Positions 10,160-30,855 of a DNA stretch of 64,000 nt are shown one piece after another. Made by a program: the position numbers and the translations under genes. The stretch is from a virus. Position 1 is the stretch's first letter, and every line of letters starts with the position of its first letter. The notes under the pieces were generated by a model, which was not told the DNA's origin, ran no database searches, and saw nothing but the letters and a program-made list of their open reading frames with translations. The stretch covers positions 7,968 through 71,967 of IMG/VR virus record IMGVR_UViG_3300028920_000060; one strand, given 5' to 3'.

Positions 10160-11266
10160 CTAATTCTTTTCGGGAATTGTATCGTCATATTCAAGTTTCG
10201 AGGAATCCAAATAAAGTGGGTCAGTTGTACCAGGAACTAAGACTGCTCTGTCAACGTATTGAATAGTAGTAACTGGTATGTTAATTCTGTTCACGAAGAT
10301 TTTGTCTTTTTCATCATTCGGTCTTGGTACCTCTTGCTCTCCAGCCATAGATGGATCCGGTTTAATAATCACCTGATATATCTCGTTGGAAATAGTTTCA
10401 TCAAATCCACCCCTACCCAAAAATGTATAGTCCCTACTATCCATATAAAATGTAAAAAACGACCACACTAGGTCTGTTAGTTCTGTTCGTATATTGTAAT
10501 CCTCGGCTGCCACTTCAATTGCAATATCTATATAAGTAGCTTGATGATATCTATTGTAAGGAGTACTGTTAACGTATTCAGCCTTTTGTCCGACAGTAAA
10601 ACCAAGCGCAGTTAAAGCTGAGGCTGTGCCACCAATAATCTCAACATCACCAGTGACGCAGTGCGTTAAAGGACCACCATAAGAAATATCCAATTGGCCA
10701 TTATTGTTATATCCTCTAATATATAATGCCTGAAATGTTATTTCCTGTATTATTTCATCTACAGTAGCCTGAGCGATATTTTGAAAACGACTACCCCTTA
10801 ATAAAATTGTGCTTACCCTAGAAGTTTTATCTTTATCAGTAGTTCTAACCTGTATAGTATCTCCATCTGATAAAGCAAATGGTTCAGTATTGGCACCTGT
10901 CACAGAAGTAAATTTGGCAACAGAAGCCACATATTGACCACTAATCCCCATTGGGAGATTTCTACCAGTAGATCCAAGCACAGCAATTAAGGGTAGATTT
11001 TCATCTAAATCTGGAAATTTTTGTATTAACTTCACAGCTGTCTCTAAAGACCCATCATTAGGATTAGTAGAAACATCATACTTTCTAATTGTTGGAATTT
11101 CAACTAATCTACTAGAACTAATATTTGCTCTATTAAAGAATTTTCTTAATTCAATAACGAAAGCATCTTTAGTAGTTTCTACAGGCTGTGCAAAACGTGG
11201 AGGATCATTAGTATCTTTAGGTTCAGTAGGTACTAAAACCTTATCATAGTCATGAATGCTGGTCAT
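10160..11266 (-). CDS. Tail completion/terminator protein
   Basis: Immediately upstream of sheath; IQKFPDLDENLPLIAV and IDIAIEVAAEDYNIRTELTDLVWSFF pattern, with an inserted sheath-like surface domain. Confidence 0.6.
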   Translation of the reverse strand: MTSIHDYDKVLVPTEPKDTNDPPRFAQPVETTKDAFVIELRKFFNRANISSSRLVEIPTIRKYDVSTNPNDGSLETAVKLIQKFPDLDENLPLIAVLGSTGRNLPMGISGQYVASVAKFTSVTGANTEPFALSDGDTIQVRTTDKDKTSRVSTILLRGSRFQNIAQATVDEIIQEITFQALYIRGYNNNGQLDISYGGPLTHCVTGDVEIIGGTASALTALGFTVGQKAEYVNSTPYNRYHQATYIDIAIEVAAEDYNIRTELTDLVWSFFTFYMDSRDYTFLGRGGFDETISNEIYQVIIKPDPSMAGEQEVPRPNDEKDKIFVNRINIPVTTIQYVDRAVLVPGTTDPLYLDSSKLEYDDTIPEKN

Positions 11267-11617
11267 CTATATACCCACCATTTCTTCATCCAAAGCTTCA
11301 GTAATTAGTTTATTTAAGACGTTCATAAATTCTTCTGGCAAATCACCACCATACCAATGACTGAGATCATCTTTATATTCAATTTCTAATCTAGCTGGTA
11401 CTTGATCAGTAAAATTTACTTTAATACCCCTAATTAAAATACGCATTACTTCAGCATCAGCTTGTTCACCAACATATGCTTTTAGTTCATTAGATCTTTC
11501 GATTTTACGAACGATAGTTTTACGTATCTTATCACTAAGATCATTAAGTAAATCTCTATATAATCCACCAACATCCAAAAGAGGATTAGGTGGCGCTGAT
11601 CTACTTAAACCAGACAT
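11267..11617 (-). CDS. Hypothetical neck-region protein
   Basis: 116 aa ORF in the neck gene run, coupled to its neighbours. Confidence 0.45.
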   Translation of the reverse strand: MSGLSRSAPPNPLLDVGGLYRDLLNDLSDKIRKTIVRKIERSNELKAYVGEQADAEVMRILIRGIKVNFTDQVPARLEIEYKDDLSHWYGGDLPEEFMNVLNKLITEALDEEMVGI

Positions 11618-12909
11618 TAAAACACCAATCTTGCATACACCTCTTCTGGTTGTACGCGTCTTACTTCAAATGATTGTTCTGTGAAAGTACCAAATTCTTC
11701 ATTATAGTTAAGCTTTGTAGTTACAAAACGATTACCTACATTAATACCAGTAACTCTTTCATAAAATGAATTTTCTACAATCCTGGCTGCCGGAGTATCT
11801 GCTTGGATATTTTCATCAAAGAAATCAAGTGGCATAGTCCAAAATCGTTCGCCAATAAATTCAGATCTACGACCATATTGCATAATTGAAGGAAATTCAC
11901 TAACTTGTGGGCGTAGAATTTTAATAAATGGTTGCTCAGTATTAGCATGTCGTAAACGTATTATTTCAAATTCTGGACTTCTATCTTCAGCATTGGCTCG
12001 AGCCATTGTAATACGAAGATATATATTCCCTGTACCAATAGGAATTTTACCAGAATCGTTTAATTCACTTATAGGATAGAAATCTATATTGTTGGTAGAA
12101 AATTCAACATTTATACTATTAGTATCTAAAATATTGGCAGCATCAAGTCTATACCCCCAATTAGCACTAATTGCATTAGAATAAGGAATAGCACCTGATT
12201 CTATAGTACCAGTTAATTGAGTAGGACTCAATAAAATCCTATATGGTTTAATGTCCATATTAAGTTCAGTATTGGTCAATGTTAAACTAGATGAAGTAGA
12301 AGATGAGAATATCGTCTCATGTCCAAATTTAATATAACCAGGAATAAGCTTTACACCATAACAACTAGAACACGTGATGTCAGCTCTCTGTGTAGTATCT
12401 TTTACACAAGAACAGATTTCAACACCTGCAGTAGACTCTGTAACCTGTTGCCAAAGATAAACATCCTTGCCACGAGACAACAATTTATCACCCAATAAAG
12501 TTTTAATTTTACAGGGTATCTGTTCACCTTCTATACGACATTGTAAATCTCTACCCCACCAACCAACAGCTAGATTACAATTAGTATCACGCTTAGGAGA
12601 TGTTGTGATAGAAGGTGGGACTACATCAACAATATAACGCTGTGTCTTCGTTCCAATAGATGCTACTGCTTGCCAAGTCCACTCGTGATAATATCTACCA
12701 GCAACAACAGTATCTGGTATATCCCAAATTACTTTGTATTGACCGACATTCACAAGTTGTGGAGTAAGTGGTCCCGCTATAAGCGTTCCACCAGTTTCAG
12801 CATCATATATGTTTACATCTAGAATATCAAATGGATTAAAGAGAACACCATTTTCGTAAAATCTAACGAATAGTTCTCTTTCTTGACCTATAATGCCAAC
12901 AACTGCCAT
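11617..12909 (-). CDS. Head-closure/neck protein with N-terminal Ig-like domain and Cys motifs
   Basis: N-terminal beta sandwich (GQYKVIWDIP...YYHEWTW), then GKDVYLWQQ...CSC...CSSCYG..LIPGY, a pattern seen in large-myovirus neck proteins. Confidence 0.55.
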   Translation of the reverse strand: MAVVGIIGQERELFVRFYENGVLFNPFDILDVNIYDAETGGTLIAGPLTPQLVNVGQYKVIWDIPDTVVAGRYYHEWTWQAVASIGTKTQRYIVDVVPPSITTSPKRDTNCNLAVGWWGRDLQCRIEGEQIPCKIKTLLGDKLLSRGKDVYLWQQVTESTAGVEICSCVKDTTQRADITCSSCYGVKLIPGYIKFGHETIFSSSTSSSLTLTNTELNMDIKPYRILLSPTQLTGTIESGAIPYSNAISANWGYRLDAANILDTNSINVEFSTNNIDFYPISELNDSGKIPIGTGNIYLRITMARANAEDRSPEFEIIRLRHANTEQPFIKILRPQVSEFPSIMQYGRRSEFIGERFWTMPLDFFDENIQADTPAARIVENSFYERVTGINVGNRFVTTKLNYNEEFGTFTEQSFEVRRVQPEEVYARLVF

Positions 12910-12911
12910 AA

Positions 12912-13382
12912 TTAGCGCCTATCTGGCTCACTCTCATAAACATTAACAGTCCCAGCAGCACCTTCCCAACTACCAGCACCATGTTGTGAGCTCAATTCAG
13001 CATCAATCACCTTTTCTACTGCTAAACGTATTTTTATTTCTGCAGGATTAGGTAGTCGTGCGTTTGTTCCTGGTGTTTGTAAAGCAGTAACAAAAACAGT
13101 TTCAATTGTAGCTAAATTAGTTAAACTGGTATCCCAACCGCCGGCCAATTCATATATGCCAGGAGCACCAGCAGAGTTAACTTCGGTGAGTAATCGTCTA
13201 TTATTAGTTGGTGTAATAGTGATATATGATTTAAAAGTATTATCACTCCAATCTAAAAAGAAATTATCGCTCTCCCTATAAATGCGGATATAAATATCAG
13301 TCAATCCAGCTAAAGGTAATCCCTTACTGTCTCGTACATCAACTGCAATAGGCTCAACATCGCCAAGTACGATCTCAGTCAT
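12912..13382 (-). CDS. Virion-associated Ig-like/beta-sandwich protein
   Basis: 156 aa; GLPLAGLTDIYIRIYR...LTEVNSAGAPGIYEL pattern. Confidence 0.4.
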   Translation of the reverse strand: MTEIVLGDVEPIAVDVRDSKGLPLAGLTDIYIRIYRESDNFFLDWSDNTFKSYITITPTNNRRLLTEVNSAGAPGIYELAGGWDTSLTNLATIETVFVTALQTPGTNARLPNPAEIKIRLAVEKVIDAELSSQHGAGSWEGAAGTVNVYESEPDRR

Positions 13383-13920
13383 GTTTACCTCTAATTAAGC
13401 AAATCACTGAACGACCATTAGGTATAAGAGTTGACTCACCAAAACTATCTAATTCTTTGGGTGTCCATACTGACTTATGTGTCTCATGAACATTGCCAAA
13501 AGCAGCTCCTTGTGCTGATGGTTTATGTGGTGTTGCTACAATAACTGCATTGCTTCTATGTAATAGACTAGATAATAATTCATTACCTTTATCTTTATCA
13601 AAATGCTCAATTACATCTATTAATAAAGACAGGTCATACTTTCTAGCTAATGTAGGTACTATATCTAAAGCATCACCATAAAAAATGTTGTTATAAACCC
13701 AATCGTGTAATGGTGTTCTATATTCATCGTGAATTTCTATACCATCTATTCTACATTTAAAATCTGAATATACATTTCTACCATCCCATAATTCTAAATA
13801 TTCACGTACTAATACACCAAATTTACCAAAACCTATTCCAACATCAAGTATAGATTTGGGCCTTACTGACATAATCAGACCCATAATCTCGTTTAATTGC
13901 ATCCAATGACTAGTAGGCAT
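13375..13920 (-). CDS. Class I SAM-dependent methyltransferase
   Basis: Motif I ILDVGIGFG, IDGIE, GDA, YDLSLLIDVIEH. Confidence 0.85.
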   Translation of the reverse strand: MPTSHWMQLNEIMGLIMSVRPKSILDVGIGFGKFGVLVREYLELWDGRNVYSDFKCRIDGIEIHDEYRTPLHDWVYNNIFYGDALDIVPTLARKYDLSLLIDVIEHFDKDKGNELLSSLLHRSNAVIVATPHKPSAQGAAFGNVHETHKSVWTPKELDSFGESTLIPNGRSVICLIRGKHD

Positions 13921-14578
13921 CTATGTCATATCCAAATAGTTCTTCAGTTGACAGTCCACTAAATCTATTTATAAAAGTAATAGGAGGTATCCTATCCTGT
14001 ACTGGTTCTTTAATTGAATACCACCCCACTGACTCCTCCACTCTTTCGAATTCAGATAATTTAGGAGTCAAATTAAATTTATCTGAAATTGTTTCTAAGA
14101 TCTCATCATGTTTTTCATCAATTAAATCTTCATATCTGATCCAAAAACAATTCTGGGTAAATCCTTTCACATGTCTTTGCCAATACTCTATACGATCAGA
14201 CCCAAGATAAAGATCAGGATCATTCTTTAATTCAGGATCCATTATACGCCATAAAGAAGTCAAAGTGGGTATTGGATGCCTAACTATATAGATGATATTT
14301 TGTGGTTCTTTATACCATGCTGGATTATAAAAATTATGATTACTACACAATTTTCCCCATGGAATAGTAGCTCTTTGTTCCCATTCTTGATCACCAAATA
14401 TGAATTTCATACCAGAACGAATTGTAGCATGAATAGACATATCTGGTAACTCGAAATTTTTATAAATAGTGGCTGCTAACAAATGCGTACCACTACGCTT
14501 ATGTGAACAGACTAATACTGGTGGATTCATATTAAACTCTCTCTTCTTTTTGTTGTGTTTTAGTATCGGTTTCTTCAA
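13910..14578 (-). CDS. PAPS-dependent sulfotransferase
   Basis: 5'-PSB loop VCSHKRSGTHLL, 3'-PB motif IIYIVRHPIPTLTSLW, and IRYEDL. Confidence 0.8.
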   Translation of the reverse strand: MKKPILKHNKKKREFNMNPPVLVCSHKRSGTHLLAATIYKNFELPDMSIHATIRSGMKFIFGDQEWEQRATIPWGKLCSNHNFYNPAWYKEPQNIIYIVRHPIPTLTSLWRIMDPELKNDPDLYLGSDRIEYWQRHVKGFTQNCFWIRYEDLIDEKHDEILETISDKFNLTPKLSEFERVEESVGWYSIKEPVQDRIPPITFINRFSGLSTEELFGYDIDAY

Positions 14579-16664
14579 GTAATTTGGTAGACCAAATTTC
14601 TACATTATTTTTAATTCGCCTATCACCCGGCCGCTTTAATAACGCCTTCATAGCACAATTTATTGAAGCTTGCCAGTTTTCGAGATGTGAATATGCCATA
14701 GAGAGTTTATCATAACGTTCCCAATCATAAATACTACGACGCACAAATAGCCGCGCATTGCTAGGAACTGGAATAGCACATCCAAGTTCATACCATACAA
14801 CAGCATTAGTAAAATCACGACACGTATATGCTATATCACCCATAAGTATGAATGCTTCTGCTCTATCTGCCTTTTCTTTTATAGCTTGATGTAGACTTTC
14901 CCGGGCTTCTGTCCAGCGTTTAAGATACATTTGACAAGTAGCCATATCATAACATGCTTGCCAACGTTCTTCATCCCAACCACCAGTAGCAAGATATTGT
15001 TTATACCAGTTAATAGCCTCCCAATGTTGACCACCCTCCCTATATGCTACTGCTAAATAAAACATAGACCTTGTATCATTAGCATTTTCACCGACTTTTT
15101 TACGAAATACTTCAATATTAGTATTGCGTTGTATTGATCTGGCTGTACGACGATCGGTAGCTTTAATTGATTTATCATCTACTACAATAATATCACCATT
15201 CCAACGACTTTGTGTTTTTATCATGGCTGGATCTGGAATATTATGTCTAGCATTTTTCCAACGTACTTTTTGTCGCAGAATTCTAGCACTATTCCATGTA
15301 TAACCAATATTACCATAACCATCGTCGCCCATACCACAGGTGATTTCTACAGCATCATCCTTTTCATGAGCTTGAAGTACAGCACGAATTTCATCAGGTT
15401 TTAATACATATTCATCATCATCAAGTACAAATGACCAGTCGCAGTCATTCATATTATGAGCTATATTACGAGCAAAACTAAAATCCCAGGGATCTGGCGG
15501 ATCAAAACGCTCAGCTTTACCATTAAGTGAAAGCTCTGCTAATAAATCATTCACCCTTTTAAGTAAATCAGGTTCATTACGATCATCTACTGCCAAATAA
15601 GCAGCATCTATATATTCATGGCAGCTTTTGAGTGCTCGTTCGAGACCCTTATAGTGGCTGACCACCATACAAGCTGCGATGGTCGAGTCGGAGTCAGGCT
15701 TAAGCCTGGGCGGGGGATCAGACTTCTCCTTGTCGGAATCACCTGACTCCGACTCGTCAATTTGTTCTGAACCAAGTATTACTGCAGTCAGTTTATCTAA
15801 TTGACGTTCAAAGTTATAATTTGTAAATATATAATCAGAAGCTTCTTTAGCAGAAGTTTCCTTATCATCTACCATCTTTTTAAGATCATCGATTGAACGC
15901 CAAGTATTACCCCACAATTGTTTAGCACCAAACCAGTCGTGTACTAATGGTTTAAGACCACACGCCATCCCCTCAGCAACAGCAAGATGAAAAGATTCAC
16001 CTATACTAGTACTGAGTATAAATTCATACTGTGGATCTTTCATTACGTTACATATATCTTCTCTAAATTCATGGAATTTAATATTAGGTAAATTTAAATG
16101 TTCATAATATATTTGAGATCGTGAGCATTGTGGTTTTCCACCCCTTCCATATATGTGAACTTCACGATCTGGATATGCTAATGCTACTTGTGCTAATAAT
16201 TGAGCTCCCTTCCAAATATTAACATTACCAACATATAAGAAATTCTTACCTGTATGCTGAATAAAATTAAATTTATTATGATCTATACCATGCCAAACCA
16301 CAACTGTTTCTTTAGGTATAGATTTAAGATCTAATTTTTCAAAAATCTGTTTATAGTGATCACTTACAAAAATAACGGTATCAACACTATGCCAAGGTAT
16401 CTTTTTAGCAAAACCATCATGGGCTTCATAAGCATGTAATCGCACAGTAATTCTAGGGTTTCCAACAAAGGAAGCACTTTGAAATAAACCTTTCTCAGTA
16501 ACTTCATCTGCCCAGTCAAAATGTAATATATCAAATTCATTAAAATGTGGTTTAAAAATAGGTGAATGCTCTACCTCATGACCTTTGAGTTGTAGATATT
16601 CCACCAAATTTTTAGAAAAGTTATAGTTAACATTACAAAACTTGTCTACGATTGCAATTTTCAT
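14532..16664 (-). CDS. Bifunctional glycosyltransferase GT4 (GT-B) + GT2 (GT-A) + TPR repeats
   Basis: Likely start at 16664 (MKIAIVD, GGTGGGG SD) rather than 16700. GT-B half: FLYVGNVNIWKG, STSIGESFHLAVAEGMACG. GT-A half: SFARNIA...WSFVLDDDEY...ARHN. TPRs: RSMFYLA..Y...AINWY, RAEAFILMG. Confidence 0.85.
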   Translation of the reverse strand: MKIAIVDKFCNVNYNFSKNLVEYLQLKGHEVEHSPIFKPHFNEFDILHFDWADEVTEKGLFQSASFVGNPRITVRLHAYEAHDGFAKKIPWHSVDTVIFVSDHYKQIFEKLDLKSIPKETVVVWHGIDHNKFNFIQHTGKNFLYVGNVNIWKGAQLLAQVALAYPDREVHIYGRGGKPQCSRSQIYYEHLNLPNIKFHEFREDICNVMKDPQYEFILSTSIGESFHLAVAEGMACGLKPLVHDWFGAKQLWGNTWRSIDDLKKMVDDKETSAKEASDYIFTNYNFERQLDKLTAVILGSEQIDESESGDSDKEKSDPPPRLKPDSDSTIAACMVVSHYKGLERALKSCHEYIDAAYLAVDDRNEPDLLKRVNDLLAELSLNGKAERFDPPDPWDFSFARNIAHNMNDCDWSFVLDDDEYVLKPDEIRAVLQAHEKDDAVEITCGMGDDGYGNIGYTWNSARILRQKVRWKNARHNIPDPAMIKTQSRWNGDIIVVDDKSIKATDRRTARSIQRNTNIEVFRKKVGENANDTRSMFYLAVAYREGGQHWEAINWYKQYLATGGWDEERWQACYDMATCQMYLKRWTEARESLHQAIKEKADRAEAFILMGDIAYTCRDFTNAVVWYELGCAIPVPSNARLFVRRSIYDWERYDKLSMAYSHLENWQASINCAMKALLKRPGDRRIKNNVEIWSTKLLEETDTKTQQKEERV

Positions 16665-16674
16665 AGGTCCCCAC

Positions 16675-17214
16675 CTATCGTTCAAATTTATATAGCGCAC
16701 CTACACGAGCAAACTCTAAAACCTCAACCAAATTTAAAGGTTCCAATATACTTGTATACTCTAAGAATGGTCGATAACATTGATAATAGCCATCTGCAGT
16801 TTTACCATTAAAAGGATTTTTTCGCCAAGTATAGACATACAATTTGTCTCTTGTCCATTTTTCCAAATTTCTCAAAATATTTTCATATATAGAATCTTTT
16901 AATATATGGAATAACAAATCAAGACACAGCACTACTTGACCATCTAGATCCTGTTCTGTACTAGCGTCAGCGCAAATAAAATTCCAATCAGGACGTTCTT
17001 CTTTATTTTTATCTATTATAATTTTGGATGAATCAATGCCAGTATAGTTTAAACAATTACGCCCTTCCCAAAAAGAAAGATCACCACAACCAACATCAAG
17101 CACATTTTTATCAGACAAATTGCCTATTTGTAACCATTTCCAATCGCGATGCTTACCGATAGAACCTCCACCACTACCTCTACCGCTAAGATATCTTCTG
17201 TCCCAATAGCTCAT
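16675..17214 (-). CDS. Class I SAM-dependent methyltransferase
   Basis: YWDRRY..GRGSG N-terminus, VLDVGCG, YTGIDSS, FICAD, CLDLLFH. Confidence 0.85.
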   Translation of the reverse strand: MSYWDRRYLSGRGSGGGSIGKHRDWKWLQIGNLSDKNVLDVGCGDLSFWEGRNCLNYTGIDSSKIIIDKNKEERPDWNFICADASTEQDLDGQVVLCLDLLFHILKDSIYENILRNLEKWTRDKLYVYTWRKNPFNGKTADGYYQCYRPFLEYTSILEPLNLVEVLEFARVGALYKFER

Positions 17215-17615
17215 AATAGATTCTCACTAACCCACAATGTTACACCGCCAAACAATCGCACTGCAACATAGTAATAGAAGGCTCGAAATCGAAACATTTT
17301 ATCTTCTAATAATAATTTGCGAAAAAGTTCATCTATTTCTTTTCTGTGTTTATGATCTAATCCGTAATGCATTAATTGATATAGACCATCATGAATTAAC
17401 GATGCACGCATTGTATCGGGAGTATCAATAGTTGGACCACTTGGACCATCCCACGCATAATCTTTAGAAATTCTAACAATTCCATCCAAATCAATTGATA
17501 CATATTTGTTTTGCACAGGATTAACTGGATAAATATTGGTTTGAAGTTCATATGGTAATACAGTTACATACTTCCATTGAACTTTCAATATCTTATATGC
17601 GAATATATTATTCAT
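17211..17615 (-). CDS. DUF1353-like protein
   Basis: DYAWDGPS...ASLIHDGLY...EIDELFRKLL...YYVAVRLFG motif set. Confidence 0.7.
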   Translation of the reverse strand: MNNIFAYKILKVQWKYVTVLPYELQTNIYPVNPVQNKYVSIDLDGIVRISKDYAWDGPSGPTIDTPDTMRASLIHDGLYQLMHYGLDHKHRKEIDELFRKLLLEDKMFRFRAFYYYVAVRLFGGVTLWVSENLL

Positions 17616-18055
17616 ACTTCATGTCTCATCCGAAATACTACATATACTTCACGAGTGTCTCCTGCGTCAATGGCATGATATTTTAATCGAAATTTAAATC
17701 CAGATGGAAAAGAAGCTGTGCTTTCAGATACTATAGGATCAATTTTTCCACTGGGTGGAATATAAATTGTTTCTGCGAACTGTCCAACAACTGCTCCATT
17801 ATATGGAGCACCATCAGGAGCTATAACTAATAATTCTACGTAGTCACCTTTCTCTCGGTTAACGACTTCCACCGTGGCGCCCTGAAGCTCTCTCGTCTCT
17901 GTCAGCACCATATCTCCAGAAGTATCAGCATTCTTTGGAGCGTCAAATTGAAGTCCACCCAGAACAAGCAGACGACCGCTTTTGCCCGGAAGCTGGGTGA
18001 CATATATGACGCCTTCATCGGTAACAGGCGGGTTACCCTTCAAACAGGTAGTCAC
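17612..18055 (-). CDS. Hypothetical virion beta-sandwich protein
   Basis: 147 aa, beta-rich, coupled within the fibre block. Confidence 0.45.
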   Translation of the reverse strand: MTTCLKGNPPVTDEGVIYVTQLPGKSGRLLVLGGLQFDAPKNADTSGDMVLTETRELQGATVEVVNREKGDYVELLVIAPDGAPYNGAVVGQFAETIYIPPSGKIDPIVSESTASFPSGFKFRLKYHAIDAGDTREVYVVFRMRHEV

Positions 18056-19326
18056 GAGATCACCTCCACACCAAAATGCAGGTATGCACGAAGTTGATTG
18101 ATGTCGGTCAGGTCATCTCGAACGACCCACTCCAGCACCTTGGTCTCGGTCACCTCGACCGACGCTTTCACCCTCTTGTCTGGGCGCATCGCCAAGGTGA
18201 AGAGATGCTCCCCATTACCGAACACCACATCGTTCTGGATAATCATGCGACCAAACAAATCCACGTTGTCTTTGATGTTGATCGACCATAGAACGTTGTC
18301 CTCCACAAGCTCGGTGTCGACTTGACGAAGAATCAATCCATTGGTCAAAGCTGAGAGACTGGCGAAACCATCGCCAGACCAGTTGGAGTTCTCCTCAACT
18401 AGGACCAGCATGATAGCGTCGGTGCGGTAGATTGTGCCCGACTCAGCCGCCACTCGGAACCTCTTCACACCACCACTACCTGCCGCAACCAACTCGATGT
18501 CGTCGATGTAATGCTGTTGACCATCCACAGCCATGAACCGAAGTCGGAACTTCTGAACGTTGCCGGTCAGGTTGAAGTCCGAGATGGGGATCGTGACTTT
18601 CTGCCAGACACCCAAGTCCATGTTGGTAACATAGTCGTCTACCTTGACGTTGCTTCCCACAACAGCATCCGACCCGTCTAACCACACGGCCCGAATGACC
18701 GAGCTGGCTGGGTAAGCCTGCGGGTTGATCCAGAACGCGACGGCATCGTAGGTCCCGACTACATCCGTCATCGACCCATTGTCGAAGGTGGCGGTGTTGC
18801 CCGCCGTGGTGGACCCGGTGTCAAGACCGTTGGTACCACTATGCATGGCAGCGGTAGCCTCGGACCCCACTCCAGAACGAGTCCAATCCCCGCCAGTGTC
18901 CCCGGCTCCCGTTCCATTCCACAGTACGACGGGAGTACCTGCTGGCGTACCGTTGACGTTCATCAACTCAGAACCAGATACCGGTTGCTTGAACTTCGCT
19001 TGCCCGAGCTGAAGCGGCTGTGCAGCAAATTGCGGCGCCCCGCTCGGTGACAACGGGAGTGGCTCACCATCGATGTTGTGTGCGACCGTTTTCTGAACAC
19101 GGACCGGAGGCTCACCAGTGTGAGCCGCCACGACGCCATCAAGAAGTGTCTCATCCCCGGTGGAGAGGTCGGCCTTGAACCAGATGTCGCAGACATCGCC
19201 CGCCACGTCGATGTGGTCCAGGGCAGTGACAATGGCTGATGCCTGGATCTCTTCAATCAAGCGAGCAGCGCTAACAACTTGATTCGGGAAATCGGTCGAT
19301 ACCGAATAGGTATATTTAGTTGCCAT
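18052..19326 (-). CDS. Virion protein with carbohydrate-binding (CBM11/galactose-binding-like) domain
   Basis: Central VLWNG...YDAVAFWINP...WQKVTIPISDF...HYIDDIELV jelly-roll pattern; GC-rich relative to flanks. Confidence 0.55.
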   Translation of the reverse strand: MATKYTYSVSTDFPNQVVSAARLIEEIQASAIVTALDHIDVAGDVCDIWFKADLSTGDETLLDGVVAAHTGEPPVRVQKTVAHNIDGEPLPLSPSGAPQFAAQPLQLGQAKFKQPVSGSELMNVNGTPAGTPVVLWNGTGAGDTGGDWTRSGVGSEATAAMHSGTNGLDTGSTTAGNTATFDNGSMTDVVGTYDAVAFWINPQAYPASSVIRAVWLDGSDAVVGSNVKVDDYVTNMDLGVWQKVTIPISDFNLTGNVQKFRLRFMAVDGQQHYIDDIELVAAGSGGVKRFRVAAESGTIYRTDAIMLVLVEENSNWSGDGFASLSALTNGLILRQVDTELVEDNVLWSINIKDNVDLFGRMIIQNDVVFGNGEHLFTLAMRPDKRVKASVEVTETKVLEWVVRDDLTDINQLRAYLHFGVEVIS

Positions 19327-19329
19327 AGA

Positions 19330-20898
<1,569 letters not shown>

Positions 20899-20899
20899 A

Positions 20900-30852
<9,953 letters not shown>

Positions 30853-30855
30853 GTT

